Assembly (NCBI GenBank): GCA_900320485.1
Contig: ONSO01000002.1
Location: 1,187-65,186, forward strand
Reading direction: 5' to 3'
Length of the DNA: 64,000 nt
Source of the DNA: an uncultured Lachnospiraceae bacterium
GTDB lineage: Bacteria > Bacillota > Clostridia > Lachnospirales > Lachnospiraceae
Positions 36,441 through 47,316 of the stretch are shown here, in pieces; positions within the stretch are counted from its first letter, which is position 1, and every line of letters starts with the position of its first letter. The position numbers and the translations under genes were made by a program. A model generated the notes under the pieces. That model did not search any database. It was not told where the DNA came from and worked only from the letters and a program-made list of their open reading frames with translations.

Positions 36441-39400
36441 TCAATCGCGATCTCTCTTCTGTTTTCTTTGTTTCTTCACAAGATGCAGGATCACAAATAG
36501 CATGCAAATGATCACCAGGGACAGCCCCGCAATAACCGCAATGACTCCCCAGCTCACCTGCCGGTCCAGGGTTGCAACGCAGAACACTGCATCCGTCCCC
36601 TGCATTTCCACCTCTTCATAGCTGCCAAGGCTCTTGGCATCCAGCTTTGTCCACTTCCCGTCATCCAGACGGAAGACCGTGGCCTTCCCCTCTTCCTCCC
36701 GAAGGAGTCTTACCTTGGTCACTGCCGTTTCATCCAGGCTTGTGTTTTCAAGAGTGACGCGCCAGTAATGGCAGACGCTCCCCAAGGGAATCCCTTCCGG
36801 CGCGGGACCGTTATAGGCCTCCACCCTGATCCCTGCCTCCTCCTTAAAGGTGCCCTTTGCAAGCACCACGGGCTTTGCCTCGCCCTCACGGATTCCGGAG
36901 AGAATGGTCACGTTCTCATTTTCTGAGGCCTCCAGTACAAGGTTGCCTTCCATTCTGTCTCCCACAAGTCCGCTCCAATTCACGTAATCTCCGCTCCCGG
37001 CTTTCAGATCCGGATATTCCAGTTTGGAAAGGTCGGCGCCGTAAGGCAGCACCAGCTTCCGGATGAAATTCTGGTCGGAATCGATGAACGTTATGGTCAG
37101 CTCTTCAAAGGCTGCCGGTACGTCACCCATGTCAAGAAGCTCCCGGTACGTCACCCCCTGGGCTGCCCCCTGATAGCTGACGCCGTTTACGCCATATAGC
37201 GAGGAGCTGACGTAATAATTCTCCGACATCCAGTTCTTTACATTGGCGCGGCGGATGGTAACGTCCCTTTCCTCTTCCTCATAAGAGGTCTTTCCCACAA
37301 TGGCGCCAACCCAATCCTTTGCGTCAAGCACCGTCACCATGGAATAACTGCCGCGGACGACGCCCGCCTGACCGGCAATGCCACCCACGTAGTTTTGGCC
37401 TTCCAGCACGGCCATGGAACTGCAGCTTTGGATGGTGCCTTCGCTTTTTCCCGCGATGCCGCCCACGTAGTTTGCTTCCTCCCCGCGCACCCGGCCGCTT
37501 CCAAGGCATCCTGCCACGTAGCCGATCTCTAAGTTGCCCACAATGCCTCCGGCATTTTCCGTTTTTACGGTGATAAAACCGTCATTCTCACAATCCCTCA
37601 AAACGGCTCTGGCCACGTACTGATTCCCCACGGATACCTTTGTCTCGTTATCGGAGATCTCCGCCTCCTCAACGCCCATGCTCCCGGCGATCCCTCCGAC
37701 GTTTCTGTCCCCGGTAACGACGCCGCGGTTCATGCATCCACTGACCTTGGATGCATTCAGGCTCTCCGGATCATCCGCGGAAAGATCCTCGATCACATTC
37801 TCCCCGCTTGCCAGTTCCTGTACGTGATCCAATCTGTCTACCATGATGGTCAGCACTTCATTCATCTTGTCATTAACGGCCCGCATGTCATCCTCCAGCT
37901 TTTGGGAGTGCAGATAAGCATGCTGGTCCAGCTGGTCCAGAATATCCGCCACCGTATCAAGCTGCTGCTTTAGCTTCTCGGAATTCCGGTCAAAATTATC
38001 GCTAAGGTTCACTGCCCGGAGCTTATCCAGGGCATTTAAGTAATCCACGATCCCCTGAAGCTCCTTTCCTGCGGACTTCAGGGAATCACTCATGGCCCTG
38101 GCATCCTTTGAGAGCTGATCCAGATCGTCCCCGGCTTTCTCCATGGCCTCCTCGGCATAAGGTCCGGTAATGGCTGCAATGGTCGCGGCATCACCCAAGA
38201 TGGCCCCTGCCGCAGCTCCCGTGTCAGATACGTAACCGGCCAGCTGCGCCATAAGATCCCCTAATTCCTCCAGCTCCTCCGGCGTCAGATCTTCCGGCTT
38301 TTTGCTTTCTCCGTATTCGTCCGTCAAAAGCTCCCGGATCCGGTCAGCCACCGCTGACATGTTGTTCACGCCGTCCACCACTTGATCCGTTTGGTTTTCC
38401 AGGCTTTCCCTGGCATCCTCCACGGCCTCTTTATTGTTACGGCGAAGGAAGGTAACCTGAAGTCTCCCATGGTGGTCTCCCAACGCCTTCGCGGGAAACC
38501 GATACTCTTCCGAGCCCTCATGCTGCTTTTGCAGAGGTATTTCCGTACCATCCTCCATGGTCAAAAGGATCTTCTCCACGGAAAAGCCTGCATCCGGCAA
38601 AATCGTCACGTTCACTTCGCCGTCCGTGACGGCATAACTTCCCTTGCCGCTGACGGTCACGCTCTCCAGAATAAGCTTTACGGGCTGAAAACGCGCTTGG
38701 ATCTCCACGGCTGCGGCAATTTCCTCCGGAACCTCATATTCATACGCATTCCCTTCCACCCGGTCAGCCAGATTTTCCCCGCCGTTCACCGTAAGCTCAG
38801 ACAATGCGTAGCCCGGCTCATTTACCGCAAGGATCCGGATAACGTCCCCGGCCTTTACGGCCGTCTTGTCGGAAAGCACTCTTCCTCCAACGCCGGAGGC
38901 AGTGGAAACTTCTCTCCTGTTTTCTTCCGTCTTTACAAAGGTAACGTCCGCCCTCACGGGATTTGTCAGCGTGCTTCCGGACAGCTCATAATTATATACC
39001 TTTGCGGAGGCGCTCTTCGTCATTTCAGAGGGCAGGATCACATAGGTTTGGGGATCCTGCTCCGCTCCATCCGTAATGGTCATCTTCTCAACGTCATAGC
39101 CATCCTCACAGCTGATGGTGATCTGGACGTTGCTGGTCGCGGGATTGGTAAATGCCGTGGCCTTTCCGCCCGGATTGGACGTCACGTAGACTCCCGTGTT
39201 TTCATCCGGCTGGTAACGAAAGCTTCCTTCCACGTATGCATCGCCCTCCGGCATAACAAAGGAGTAGGAAAGACCCGTTTCAAAGGGAATGACCTCCCCG
39301 CGGACATTCTTTACGGAGAAGCTCTCCGGATCAGGCTCATAGCCCCGGACGGAGGTAAACTTAAGTGTAACTCTCTCCCCGGGAGCAGCCTGCGCCGGCT

Positions 39401-41369
39401 CAGCCGTAATGGTTCCGCCGGTTCCTGACGTAACGTGCACGCGGCTTACTCCCGCCTCTTTTTCAAAGGTTATGAATACCACCTGCGGCTTTCCGTTTTT
39501 AATGGGCGCGGGCAATGCAATCTCCCCGTCCGCTCCCTCATACAGATTTTCTCCGCCGTCTATGCTAACGGCCGCCACGCGATAACCGGCCGCCGGCTCC
39601 ACGCGAAGCGTTCTTTCATCTTCGGAGAGAAATGCCTTGCCGCCGGCGCCCGATTCCAATACGTAACTGCCCACGTACTGAAAGGTTGCTGCCAGCGCTA
39701 CGTTCTCCGCCGGCATGGCGTCAATGACGTACTTTCCGTCCAAAACCGAGGCCGTCACGTCCTCCGCTTCTTTCCCATAAGGCTTCGCCGTCAGCTTAAG
39801 AAGTTCATACCCCTTCTGCGGCCGAACCGTCACCGTTACCTTAGCGCCTTGCGCCGGATCTGCGTTATCTGCCGTGATCACGCCGCCAAGCCCGCTCTCC
39901 AATACAAGGCGGCGGTTCTTTGCAGCGTCATAATCGTCCTCCTCCATCTGGTCGTAAAGATCCAGATCCTCCTTGATGCGATCCATGTCATTTAAGATGG
40001 TACTTCCCTGATTCAAAGCCTGATTTAAGTAGCTCATGACCGTGCCAAAATGATTCATGGCGTAATCAATGCGCTGCGCCAACTGGTTGATCACTTCCAC
40101 GTTCTTCTCGACGACGTCACGCATTTCCGTCATCAGGGCATCCGTGGTATCTCCCGCTGCCTTTGTCTCCTCATTCAGTGCATTGAAATCTCCGTGAAGA
40201 TCCGTTCCCAGCCGGTCCACGTCCCCGATCATCTGATCCATCAGATCATGAAGCTCTTCTACCTTTTCTCCCAGAACCTCTGCATCCTTGTATGCCGTCT
40301 TCGGCTCCAGTTGTCCCGTCACGCCGCCCACGTCCTGCTTTCCGTAGATCCTGCCCGAATTTGTGCAATTGATCAGCTGCCCCTCCTGGCGTCCCGCAAT
40401 GCCGCCTACGTTCTTGCCTGCATGCTGATAGCCGACCACGGCCTTGTTCTCGCAGCCTGCGATCACGCCGCCGTTCCAGCCGGCAATGCCGCCAAAGTCC
40501 GTTCCCTCTTCGATCTTTTCCTTAATGCCGTTCCATATTCCGGCCACGGACATGGAAAATTCCTCTTCCTCTTCAAAATCCAGCCATTTCGTTCCGGCAT
40601 TCACCGATGCGGAATTGGTACAGTCTGAGATGACGCCATGGTTAACCCCGGCAATGCCTCCCACCTTGTGGACACCGTTCACGGATCCAAAAGACTTGCT
40701 CTGAATTACGGAGCCTCCCGTCCCGTTGATCCCAACGATCCCTCCGGTCTCGCCAAGGCTGCTGACCACGCCGCGGAAGATGCATTCCCTGATGGTGCCG
40801 GCATTGATCCCGGCAATGCCGCCCGCGACGATCCTGCTTTCGCTGCATTCTATGGTTCCCTTGACCGTAAGGTCACGGATCAGTGCTCCCTGCTCCACGT
40901 AACGGAAAAGACCAACTGCCTCTCCGTCCTCCGTAAGATCCAGTCCCGAGATGGAATGATAATAACCGCGGAAGGTTCCCGAAAAGCTGGTGATTCCGTG
41001 AAACTCCGTCCCCTCAGGAAGCTCTCCAAGATCCAGGTCCGCCTGCAAAAAGACCTCTCTTCCCACGCTGTAATCCGCATCATTGCATGCCTGCGCAAAG
41101 TTCAGGAAATCCTCCAGCGTCTTTACGTAGACGGGTTCTTTTTTCTGCGCCGTCTGCGTCGTTTCATTTTTCTGCGTCGTCTGGGTCGCTTCCTTTGCCT
41201 GTGCCGTCTGAGTTGCTTCCTTTGCCTGTGCCGTCCGGGTCGCTTCCTTTGCCTGCGCCGTGACGGGCATGCCCTGCACCGTCAGTAAGGCCGTAAGCAC
41301 AAGGCAGGCAAATCTCCTTATTGTCTTTTTCCTTTTGTTACGTCGAAACATATCCGTCACTTCCTTCAT
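36441..41369 (-). CDS. Large surface protein (signal peptide, GLUG beta-helix, coiled coil, InlB-B-like repeats, coiled coil, GLUG, TM anchor)
   Basis: Many VGGIAG repeats at both ends; central GG.I/V...GY repeats; helical acidic segments; C-terminal TM plus basic tail. Alternative start 41351. Confidence 0.8.
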   Translation of the reverse strand: MKEVTDMFRRNKRKKTIRRFACLVLTALLTVQGMPVTAQAKEATRTAQAKEATQTAQAKEATQTTQKNETTQTAQKKEPVYVKTLEDFLNFAQACNDADYSVGREVFLQADLDLGELPEGTEFHGITSFSGTFRGYYHSISGLDLTEDGEAVGLFRYVEQGALIRDLTVKGTIECSESRIVAGGIAGINAGTIRECIFRGVVSSLGETGGIVGINGTGGSVIQSKSFGSVNGVHKVGGIAGVNHGVISDCTNSASVNAGTKWLDFEEEEEFSMSVAGIWNGIKEKIEEGTDFGGIAGWNGGVIAGCENKAVVGYQHAGKNVGGIAGRQEGQLINCTNSGRIYGKQDVGGVTGQLEPKTAYKDAEVLGEKVEELHDLMDQMIGDVDRLGTDLHGDFNALNEETKAAGDTTDALMTEMRDVVEKNVEVINQLAQRIDYAMNHFGTVMSYLNQALNQGSTILNDMDRIKEDLDLYDQMEEDDYDAAKNRRLVLESGLGGVITADNADPAQGAKVTVTVRPQKGYELLKLTAKPYGKEAEDVTASVLDGKYVIDAMPAENVALAATFQYVGSYVLESGAGGKAFLSEDERTLRVEPAAGYRVAAVSIDGGENLYEGADGEIALPAPIKNGKPQVVFITFEKEAGVSRVHVTSGTGGTITAEPAQAAPGERVTLKFTSVRGYEPDPESFSVKNVRGEVIPFETGLSYSFVMPEGDAYVEGSFRYQPDENTGVYVTSNPGGKATAFTNPATSNVQITISCEDGYDVEKMTITDGAEQDPQTYVILPSEMTKSASAKVYNYELSGSTLTNPVRADVTFVKTEENRREVSTASGVGGRVLSDKTAVKAGDVIRILAVNEPGYALSELTVNGGENLADRVEGNAYEYEVPEEIAAAVEIQARFQPVKLILESVTVSGKGSYAVTDGEVNVTILPDAGFSVEKILLTMEDGTEIPLQKQHEGSEEYRFPAKALGDHHGRLQVTFLRRNNKEAVEDARESLENQTDQVVDGVNNMSAVADRIRELLTDEYGESKKPEDLTPEELEELGDLMAQLAGYVSDTGAAAGAILGDAATIAAITGPYAEEAMEKAGDDLDQLSKDARAMSDSLKSAGKELQGIVDYLNALDKLRAVNLSDNFDRNSEKLKQQLDTVADILDQLDQHAYLHSQKLEDDMRAVNDKMNEVLTIMVDRLDHVQELASGENVIEDLSADDPESLNASKVSGCMNRGVVTGDRNVGGIAGSMGVEEAEISDNETKVSVGNQYVARAVLRDCENDGFITVKTENAGGIVGNLEIGYVAGCLGSGRVRGEEANYVGGIAGKSEGTIQSCSSMAVLEGQNYVGGIAGQAGVVRGSYSMVTVLDAKDWVGAIVGKTSYEEEERDVTIRRANVKNWMSENYYVSSSLYGVNGVSYQGAAQGVTYRELLDMGDVPAAFEELTITFIDSDQNFIRKLVLPYGADLSKLEYPDLKAGSGDYVNWSGLVGDRMEGNLVLEASENENVTILSGIREGEAKPVVLAKGTFKEEAGIRVEAYNGPAPEGIPLGSVCHYWRVTLENTSLDETAVTKVRLLREEEGKATVFRLDDGKWTKLDAKSLGSYEEVEMQGTDAVFCVATLDRQVSWGVIAVIAGLSLVIICMLFVILHLVKKQRKQKRDRD
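41141..41261 (-). repeat. 27-bp in-frame tandem repeat (AQAKEATQT-like, ~4.5 copies)
   Basis: Seen in DNA and protein immediately after the signal peptide. Confidence 0.85.
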
Positions 41370-43402
41370 TCCTGATCCGCCTCATTTCCTGCGGACGATC
41401 TCCCATCCGTCCACCGCTTCTCCGGCTCTGTGCCATCCGGCGCTACCCATTCCTCCGGGTTTTGTAGCCTCGCGCTTTCAGAGGACGGATCCCGTGGTTC
41501 CCCGCTTTCTCTCTCCGGTTCTTGTATCTTAGCGCCATCCGGCGCCGGATCCTGCACCTCCCGTGCCACGGCGCTGCCCGACTGCATTAAGAGATTTACG
41601 CTGCCTCGTATGGTGGCATGCATCACGCCCACTACGGTTCCCTCGATCCGGCCCTGTACCAGGCCATCCACTCTCACAAGGCCGGACATGCTCTGGTTTG
41701 TCACAGGAAGATTCAGATTTACGTCAAAGCTGGTCTTCTCTATGACCTTGTCACCCAAAAGCAGGATCTGCGGCAACGCAAACAATACTGCCAGGATCGA
41801 GATAATGGTTCCCCTTCCAAGGCACATGCCAATGCCGCTGATACAGGGTTCACTGGTCATGTTGCCGATGAGGAATCCGGCGAGTACCATCATGCTTCCC
41901 GAAGTCACAATGGTGGGGAAGGCAAAGTTCATGGTATCAATAATGGCATCCCTGGGATGCATCTCCTTCTTCACCTCCTGATAACGGCTGGACACCACGA
42001 TGGCATAGTCAATGTTAGCGCCCATCTGGATGGAGCTGACGATAAGATATCCAAGGAAAAACAGATTCTCATGGGCAATCGTCGGGTACGAGAAATTCAG
42101 CCAGATGCACCCTTCAATGACTACGATCAGAAGCACCGGCATACCCGCTGACTTAAAGGTAAACAGGAGTACCACAAGCACGATCAGCGCGGATGCAATG
42201 TTTACAACCATGTTGTCCCTTGCAAAGGTAGTCTTTAGGTCTAACTGGCTGGTGGATTCTCCCACAACCAGTACGTCGGCCTCCTCCCCATAATACTTCC
42301 GCGCAATGTCATGAAGCTCTCCGAGGAAGGCGAAGGTTTCCTCTCCCTCCTGCGGAAGATTTAAATACAGCAGCATGCGGTCATAATTCTCGCCCTGCAA
42401 CTGGTTTTTTGCAATGGTGATCTTCACGAACGCATCATCTACGGACTTTTGCTGATCCTCATCCAGGGTGACGTACCCCTCCTCCACTTCCTTGTGAAGG
42501 AACAGGAACATGTCAATAAAAGGTACCTTATAGGTGGAGATTCCCGTGATCAGCTTTGCATAATTCTCGTCATCCACCGCGTATGCGGCATAAAGAAGGC
42601 TTGCGATCTCCGTGTCCACGTCGATCAGCTCCGCAAATTCCCTGGCATTTAGCTTCTCCGTCAGCATCCTGCCCTTCATGGCCTCCGTATTTGCAAGGCC
42701 CGTACTGGACTTGATCTCAGGCCTTTCATCCAGCTCCTTAAGGAGCCGCGCCTCCTTCTCGTAATCATTTCCGGGAACCACCAGTGCCACCATGTTGGGT
42801 GAAGTAAAGGTCGTGTCAATGAGCTCGTCGATCTTGTCCTTTTCACTCTGAAGCCTGGTGCTCAAAGTGGAATACCCGTACACGTAAGGGCAATGGGAAG
42901 AATAATAATAAGCGCCTATGATCAGTACCACAAAAAGAAGGGGCATAAACCTTCTCGTGGCATAAGCAAATTTCCCGACAAACGGTATCTTCGGCACAAA
43001 ATTCTTGTGGGTGGTCTTCTTCATCAGATCCGAGAACAGCATGATCAGCCCCGGCATCAACAGGAATACGGTCAAAAGGCTTAACATAATGGCCTTGATC
43101 AGTACCACTGCCAGATCCGGGCCCAGGCCATACTGCATGAACATCATGGCGATCAGTCCGCCGATGGTCGTCAGGGACGAGGAGGCAATCTCCGGAATGG
43201 CCTTGCTCAGGGCGATAATGTCAGCCGACCGGGGATCCGTCCGCTTTAATTCATCCTTATAGCGGTTTAGCAAGATCACGGCATAGTCCACGGAAAGCGC
43301 CAGCTGAAGTACAATGGTCACGCTGTCGGACACAAAGGAAATGGTCCCCAAAAGAAAATTTGTTCCGTCTGCCAGGGCCGCGGAAGTCAGAAAGGTCATC
43401 AA
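41366..43402 (-). pseudogene. MMPL/RND family transporter, C-terminal fragment
   Basis: LQLALSVDYA, SSLTTIGG, IQMGANIDYAI motifs; begins mid-TM. Confidence 0.8.
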
Positions 43403-43478
43403 CGAAACTACGATGGCGTTTAGCCAGTCGCTTGGCTTCGCTGTCGAAATAACTAGTCGTTTGAATTTCGAAGCTCAT
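43400..43478 (-). other. Foreign fragment resembling the N-terminus of a Bacteroidota RelE/HigB-type toxin
   Basis: MSFEIQTTSYFDSEAKRLAKRHRSFVDDL(SDFR), recognised from memory; interrupts MMPL and shifts its frame. Confidence 0.65.
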
Positions 43479-43991
43479 TGATGAGACAAAAAGATCATAT
43501 TCCGAAAGCTCGCCCTTTAGCTTCTCCAAAGCCTCCAGGCATCGGTCATCCTTCTCGCCGTATGGGAACGTCACGGTAAACAGGGCGGAGAAATCATTAT
43601 AGTGATCCGTACTGTTGTCAAACTGCACCATGGATACGTAATCCAGCTCCGAAACCCGGTCTGCCAGCTCCTTCGCATCCGCGTAAGAAATATTGGCTAC
43701 CATGACCTTGGCCGTTCCGTAGGTCACAAAATTGTCCTCCATGCGCTCCAGCCCCACGGAGGTTTCCGAGGTATCCGGCAAAAAGGCCGCCAGGGAATTC
43801 TCCACGCTGACCCAGTTCTTTGCCACCAGGGAAAAAATGACGGCAAGGGAAAAGATCAAAAAGAACAGATTTCGTTTATCCACAATAAAGCTGGCAAGCT
43901 TGATCATAAAGCTTGGTTTATTTTCATTCTCCGCATTCACGTTACGGCTTCCTCCCGGATTCTTCTGAAAAGACAAATGTTTTTTCTTCAT
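43479..43991 (-). pseudogene. MMPL/RND family transporter, N-terminal fragment
   Basis: MIKLASFIVDKR, TM1, L..FLP..SET..G...M...F, typical of clostridial MMPL. Confidence 0.75.
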
Positions 43992-44154
43992 GCTTACTTG
44001 ATTTTCTTTACTGGACTTATTATAATGTATGATAATAAAAAGGCAATAGTCAAAAACTCAACTATTGCTTAATATTGAACACAATGTGCGTTTTTGTTGA
44101 TAAGTTCATAAAAAGTTTAGATACTGATCATTGATCTCAAAAGAGGAAAAAACT

Positions 44155-44754
44155 ATGGCAGAAGAGAAAATGGACCGCAGGGTAAGAAAGACCAGGGCAC
44201 TGCTCACGCAGGGCCTGATCCGGTTAATGAAGGAAAAGGACATCAAGGACATTTCCGTAAAAGAGCTGTCCGACCTGGTGGACATTAACAGGGGGACTTT
44301 TTATCTCCATTACAGCGACGTCTATGACATGGTGGCCAAAATAGAAGACAATCTCTTTGAACAATTCTCCGAAATACTGAAAAAGGACCTGAAAGGGACC
44401 AAGGAGCCTTCGTCCCATTATCAGATCCTTCTTGACGTATTCACCGTACTAAACAACAACCGCGAGATCACCCGCGTTCTCATCGGCCCCCACGGCGATC
44501 TGACCTTTGTCAACCGCCTGAAGTCCATGATCAAAAACCAATTGGAGGCCTTCTTCCGGGAAGAGATGCAAGAGCCTGCTTCCGAATATCTCTTTGCCTT
44601 TGTGGTATCCGGATACGTGGGGGTTTTTGAAACCTGGCTGAACTCTGACGCCCCCCTTTCGGAGGAGTACGTGGCAGAGCTTTGTACCAAGCTGATCACC
44701 CCCGGTCTCCTGGACGTTACGTCACCTTACTTTACGGTAACGGAAGTAATGTGA
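44155..44754 (+). CDS. TetR/AcrR family regulator, divergent from MMPL
   Basis: DRRVRKTR, ISVKEL...DINRGTFYLHY. Confidence 0.93.
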   Translation: MAEEKMDRRVRKTRALLTQGLIRLMKEKDIKDISVKELSDLVDINRGTFYLHYSDVYDMVAKIEDNLFEQFSEILKKDLKGTKEPSSHYQILLDVFTVLNNNREITRVLIGPHGDLTFVNRLKSMIKNQLEAFFREEMQEPASEYLFAFVVSGYVGVFETWLNSDAPLSEEYVAELCTKLITPGLLDVTSPYFTVTEVM

Positions 44755-45575
44755 GGATTTACGCCCTCATACCAGTAAAGGAAGCCCTCCATGTCAACCA
44801 CGTCGCCAACCTTCAGTTCCTTCACTGCCTTGTAAACCTCCGTATCTGCGCCGCACAGATAAGACTCTACGGTAAAGGTATAGGTTGCGCCGTTTACGGA
44901 AACGTTGAAATACAGGTCGTCTCCCTCTGCGCCTGAACCATCCCACTTATAAAGAGCCTCGCTCTCCACGGTCATGCCCTTGAAGGCAACAAGCTGGTTC
45001 TGCTTCTCTATGAGCTCTTCCTTACCAAGAAGGTCGGTCACGTCAACGGGCTGTGCCACAAAAGCATCTCCCTCAACGATTTCATAAGTAGCATCTGCGA
45101 TCTCGATCTCTCCGGACCACTCTGCCTTAAACCCTGAAACGCGGATCTTGGTACCCTTTACAAGCTTGTCAGCCTCTTCCTGAGATGCACATGCCATGTT
45201 GTAAAGAAAATATGCGCCATCCTGATCCTGCGCGTAAACGGTGATCTTTCCATCCCACCAGCTCTGGTTTGCCTGAACGTAGGCTTCGATCACAACGGGA
45301 TCATCTACTTCCGCTGCAACATACTCTGCATAAGTCATCACTGCCTGCTCCTCCGTTGCGACTTCAGTGGAAGCCTCCGCAGTGCTGCTCTCGCTTGCCT
45401 CGGTGCTCTCTGCGGAAGTACTCTCTTCAGAAGTGCTCTCCGTGCCATTTTCATCCTGAGCGGAAGTTGCCTCGGAAGAGGTCTCCTGGGAAGATGCCTG
45501 TTCTGCGGTGCCGCATGCTGCCATTGCGAAGGTCAGGGAAGCGGCCATCAATACTGCCAAAACTTTCTTTTTCAT
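44727..45575 (-). CDS. Acidic lipoprotein with Ser/Thr/Glu linker and two probable OB-fold domains
   Basis: Lipobox MAAC; L.KGTKIRVSG.K.EWSG.IEI and LKVGD.V..EG.L.WY patterns. Confidence 0.7.
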   Translation of the reverse strand: MKKKVLAVLMAASLTFAMAACGTAEQASSQETSSEATSAQDENGTESTSEESTSAESTEASESSTAEASTEVATEEQAVMTYAEYVAAEVDDPVVIEAYVQANQSWWDGKITVYAQDQDGAYFLYNMACASQEEADKLVKGTKIRVSGFKAEWSGEIEIADATYEIVEGDAFVAQPVDVTDLLGKEELIEKQNQLVAFKGMTVESEALYKWDGSGAEGDDLYFNVSVNGATYTFTVESYLCGADTEVYKAVKELKVGDVVDMEGFLYWYEGVNPHITSVTVK

Positions 45576-45687
45576 TCTTTTGTCCTTTCCGGCACCCGGA
45601 AAGGATGCCATGCAAAATTCAATTTTTTGTTATTTTACAAGGCTTTCCAAAAGAATGCAATCTCATTTTTATACAATTTTGACAGTT

Positions 45688-47316
45688 TCAGTTTCTCAAT
45701 TTTGAACGTTTTACATAATTTAATATCGCTTTTTTAACTGAAAAGACCAAAATGCAGCCCCAGATCACTGCCAGACTGCCAAGAAGGAGCTTTGCCGTCA
45801 GGGGCAAGGGCCCCAGATCCTTCTTTGTCTCCGCCACGTCACCGATCTGGTCCAGACGGTATAAGCTGGTGACGTCCTGATACAGCTTTTCGATATAGGC
45901 GTCATCCACGGTCTGCTTTCTTCTTACGGACTTTACCGTATTTTCAATGAGCTGCCCCGCCGCGTCCCGCAGGGAGGCAGAGCCGTTAAACACGGGCGTG
46001 ACAAAGGTATTCCTCGTATTTTCCAAAAGGAGCTTTGTGGCCTTTAGCTTGATTTCATAATGCTCGCGGTTATCCTGCCCTTCTTTTGCAAGATACTCCT
46101 CATATTCCGGCGTCTGTCTCGCCTTTAACGTAACGGGAACGTAGCCCTCCGTCTTGGAATAAGCGATCTGTACGTCATTCGTCAAAAGAAACTGTGCAAA
46201 CAGCCAGGAGGCCAATACTTCCTGCGGGTCTTCCTTGTTGAACACGCAGACGGAAGGACCCTGGGAGATCATCTGCGGGTTCGCCGGATCAAATTGCGGC
46301 ACCATCCGCACCGCCGTTTGAAATGGCACCACCTTGTCCGCGCTAATGTCCATCAGAGGCGCTTCCGACCCCATCCAGGTCGCTCCCGCCGTGGAATCTA
46401 CCGCAAAGATGCACTGCCCCGCATTCAGGAAATTCGCAGGATAACTGGAGATCTTAAAGGTGGAAAATGCCTTTGTCTTTCCATGCTCCGCAATGGTTTT
46501 AAGGAGCCCCGCCGTGTCATCGTTAAATAAAAGAACCTCCCCGCTTTCCGCGGAATATCCCCACCCTTTTTGGCGAAGCATCTGGATCATCATGTTGTCC
46601 GTGGACTTATAAATAAAGGGGATCATCACGCTCTGTCCATTTACCGCAAACTTCCCCGCCTCGTCCTTTTTCATGGCCGCCTCTGAGACCTCCCACACGA
46701 AATCCCAGGTCAGTACCTCCGGCAGCTCATAGCCCAGCTTCTCCACGTAAGTCTGGTTGACGTAACAGGCCTCCGTGGACCGCATAAAGGGAATGGCGTA
46801 AACGTTCCTGCCAATGGTACATTCCTTTAGGAAGTCAGGAACGATCTCGTTTTTCTTTACCGACTCAAAAGCCACGTTCTTTCCCCCAAGGCCATAGCGC
46901 GGATCCTCAAACAAAGAATCCAGCGGCACCACCGTTCCTTCCCCCGTAAGGTACGTGGCAATGTGGTCCGGATAGGTGATGCAGACGTTGGGCGTGGTCC
47001 GGGTTGCTATGTTGGTGATCACGTCATTATAGATGTCGCCGTAATTTGTATAGAGCCGGATGTTTACGTGAACGTTAGGATAATAGCTTTCAAAATCCTT
47101 TGCGGCTTTTTGATAAATCTCCGTCTGGGTCTTATTGGTATCATTCTTTGCCCAAAAAGTGATCTCATATTTCCGGCTTTCGTCAAACTCCCCGGGGACC
47201 TCAAAAGACGCCCTCCCCCCGGAGCCATGACATCCCGCCAGGGAAAGAAGGCCAAGGAGCAGGCACAATGCCACGCCAAACCGCCCGGTCCTCCAAAGTT
47301 TTCGTTCCTTTCTCAT
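45688..47316 (-). CDS. CUT1-type ABC substrate-binding lipoprotein with extra C-terminal TM
   Basis: Lipobox LAGC, YAIPF..STE, TGYVP-like motif; last ~25 aa hydrophobic. Confidence 0.85.
   Translation of the reverse strand: MRKERKLWRTGRFGVALCLLLGLLSLAGCHGSGGRASFEVPGEFDESRKYEITFWAKNDTNKTQTEIYQKAAKDFESYYPNVHVNIRLYTNYGDIYNDVITNIATRTTPNVCITYPDHIATYLTGEGTVVPLDSLFEDPRYGLGGKNVAFESVKKNEIVPDFLKECTIGRNVYAIPFMRSTEACYVNQTYVEKLGYELPEVLTWDFVWEVSEAAMKKDEAGKFAVNGQSVMIPFIYKSTDNMMIQMLRQKGWGYSAESGEVLLFNDDTAGLLKTIAEHGKTKAFSTFKISSYPANFLNAGQCIFAVDSTAGATWMGSEAPLMDISADKVVPFQTAVRMVPQFDPANPQMISQGPSVCVFNKEDPQEVLASWLFAQFLLTNDVQIAYSKTEGYVPVTLKARQTPEYEEYLAKEGQDNREHYEIKLKATKLLLENTRNTFVTPVFNGSASLRDAAGQLIENTVKSVRRKQTVDDAYIEKLYQDVTSLYRLDQIGDVAETKKDLGPLPLTAKLLLGSLAVIWGCILVFSVKKAILNYVKRSKLRN

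Noticed and set aside
43257-43478. Programmed frameshift or intron in MMPL
   Set aside because: No slippery site or intron features; MMPL sequence appears lost and replaced by unrelated coding sequence.
44727-44754. 28-bp convergent overlap of TetR and lipoprotein 3' ends
   Set aside because: Short tail-to-tail overlaps are common; no evidence of function.
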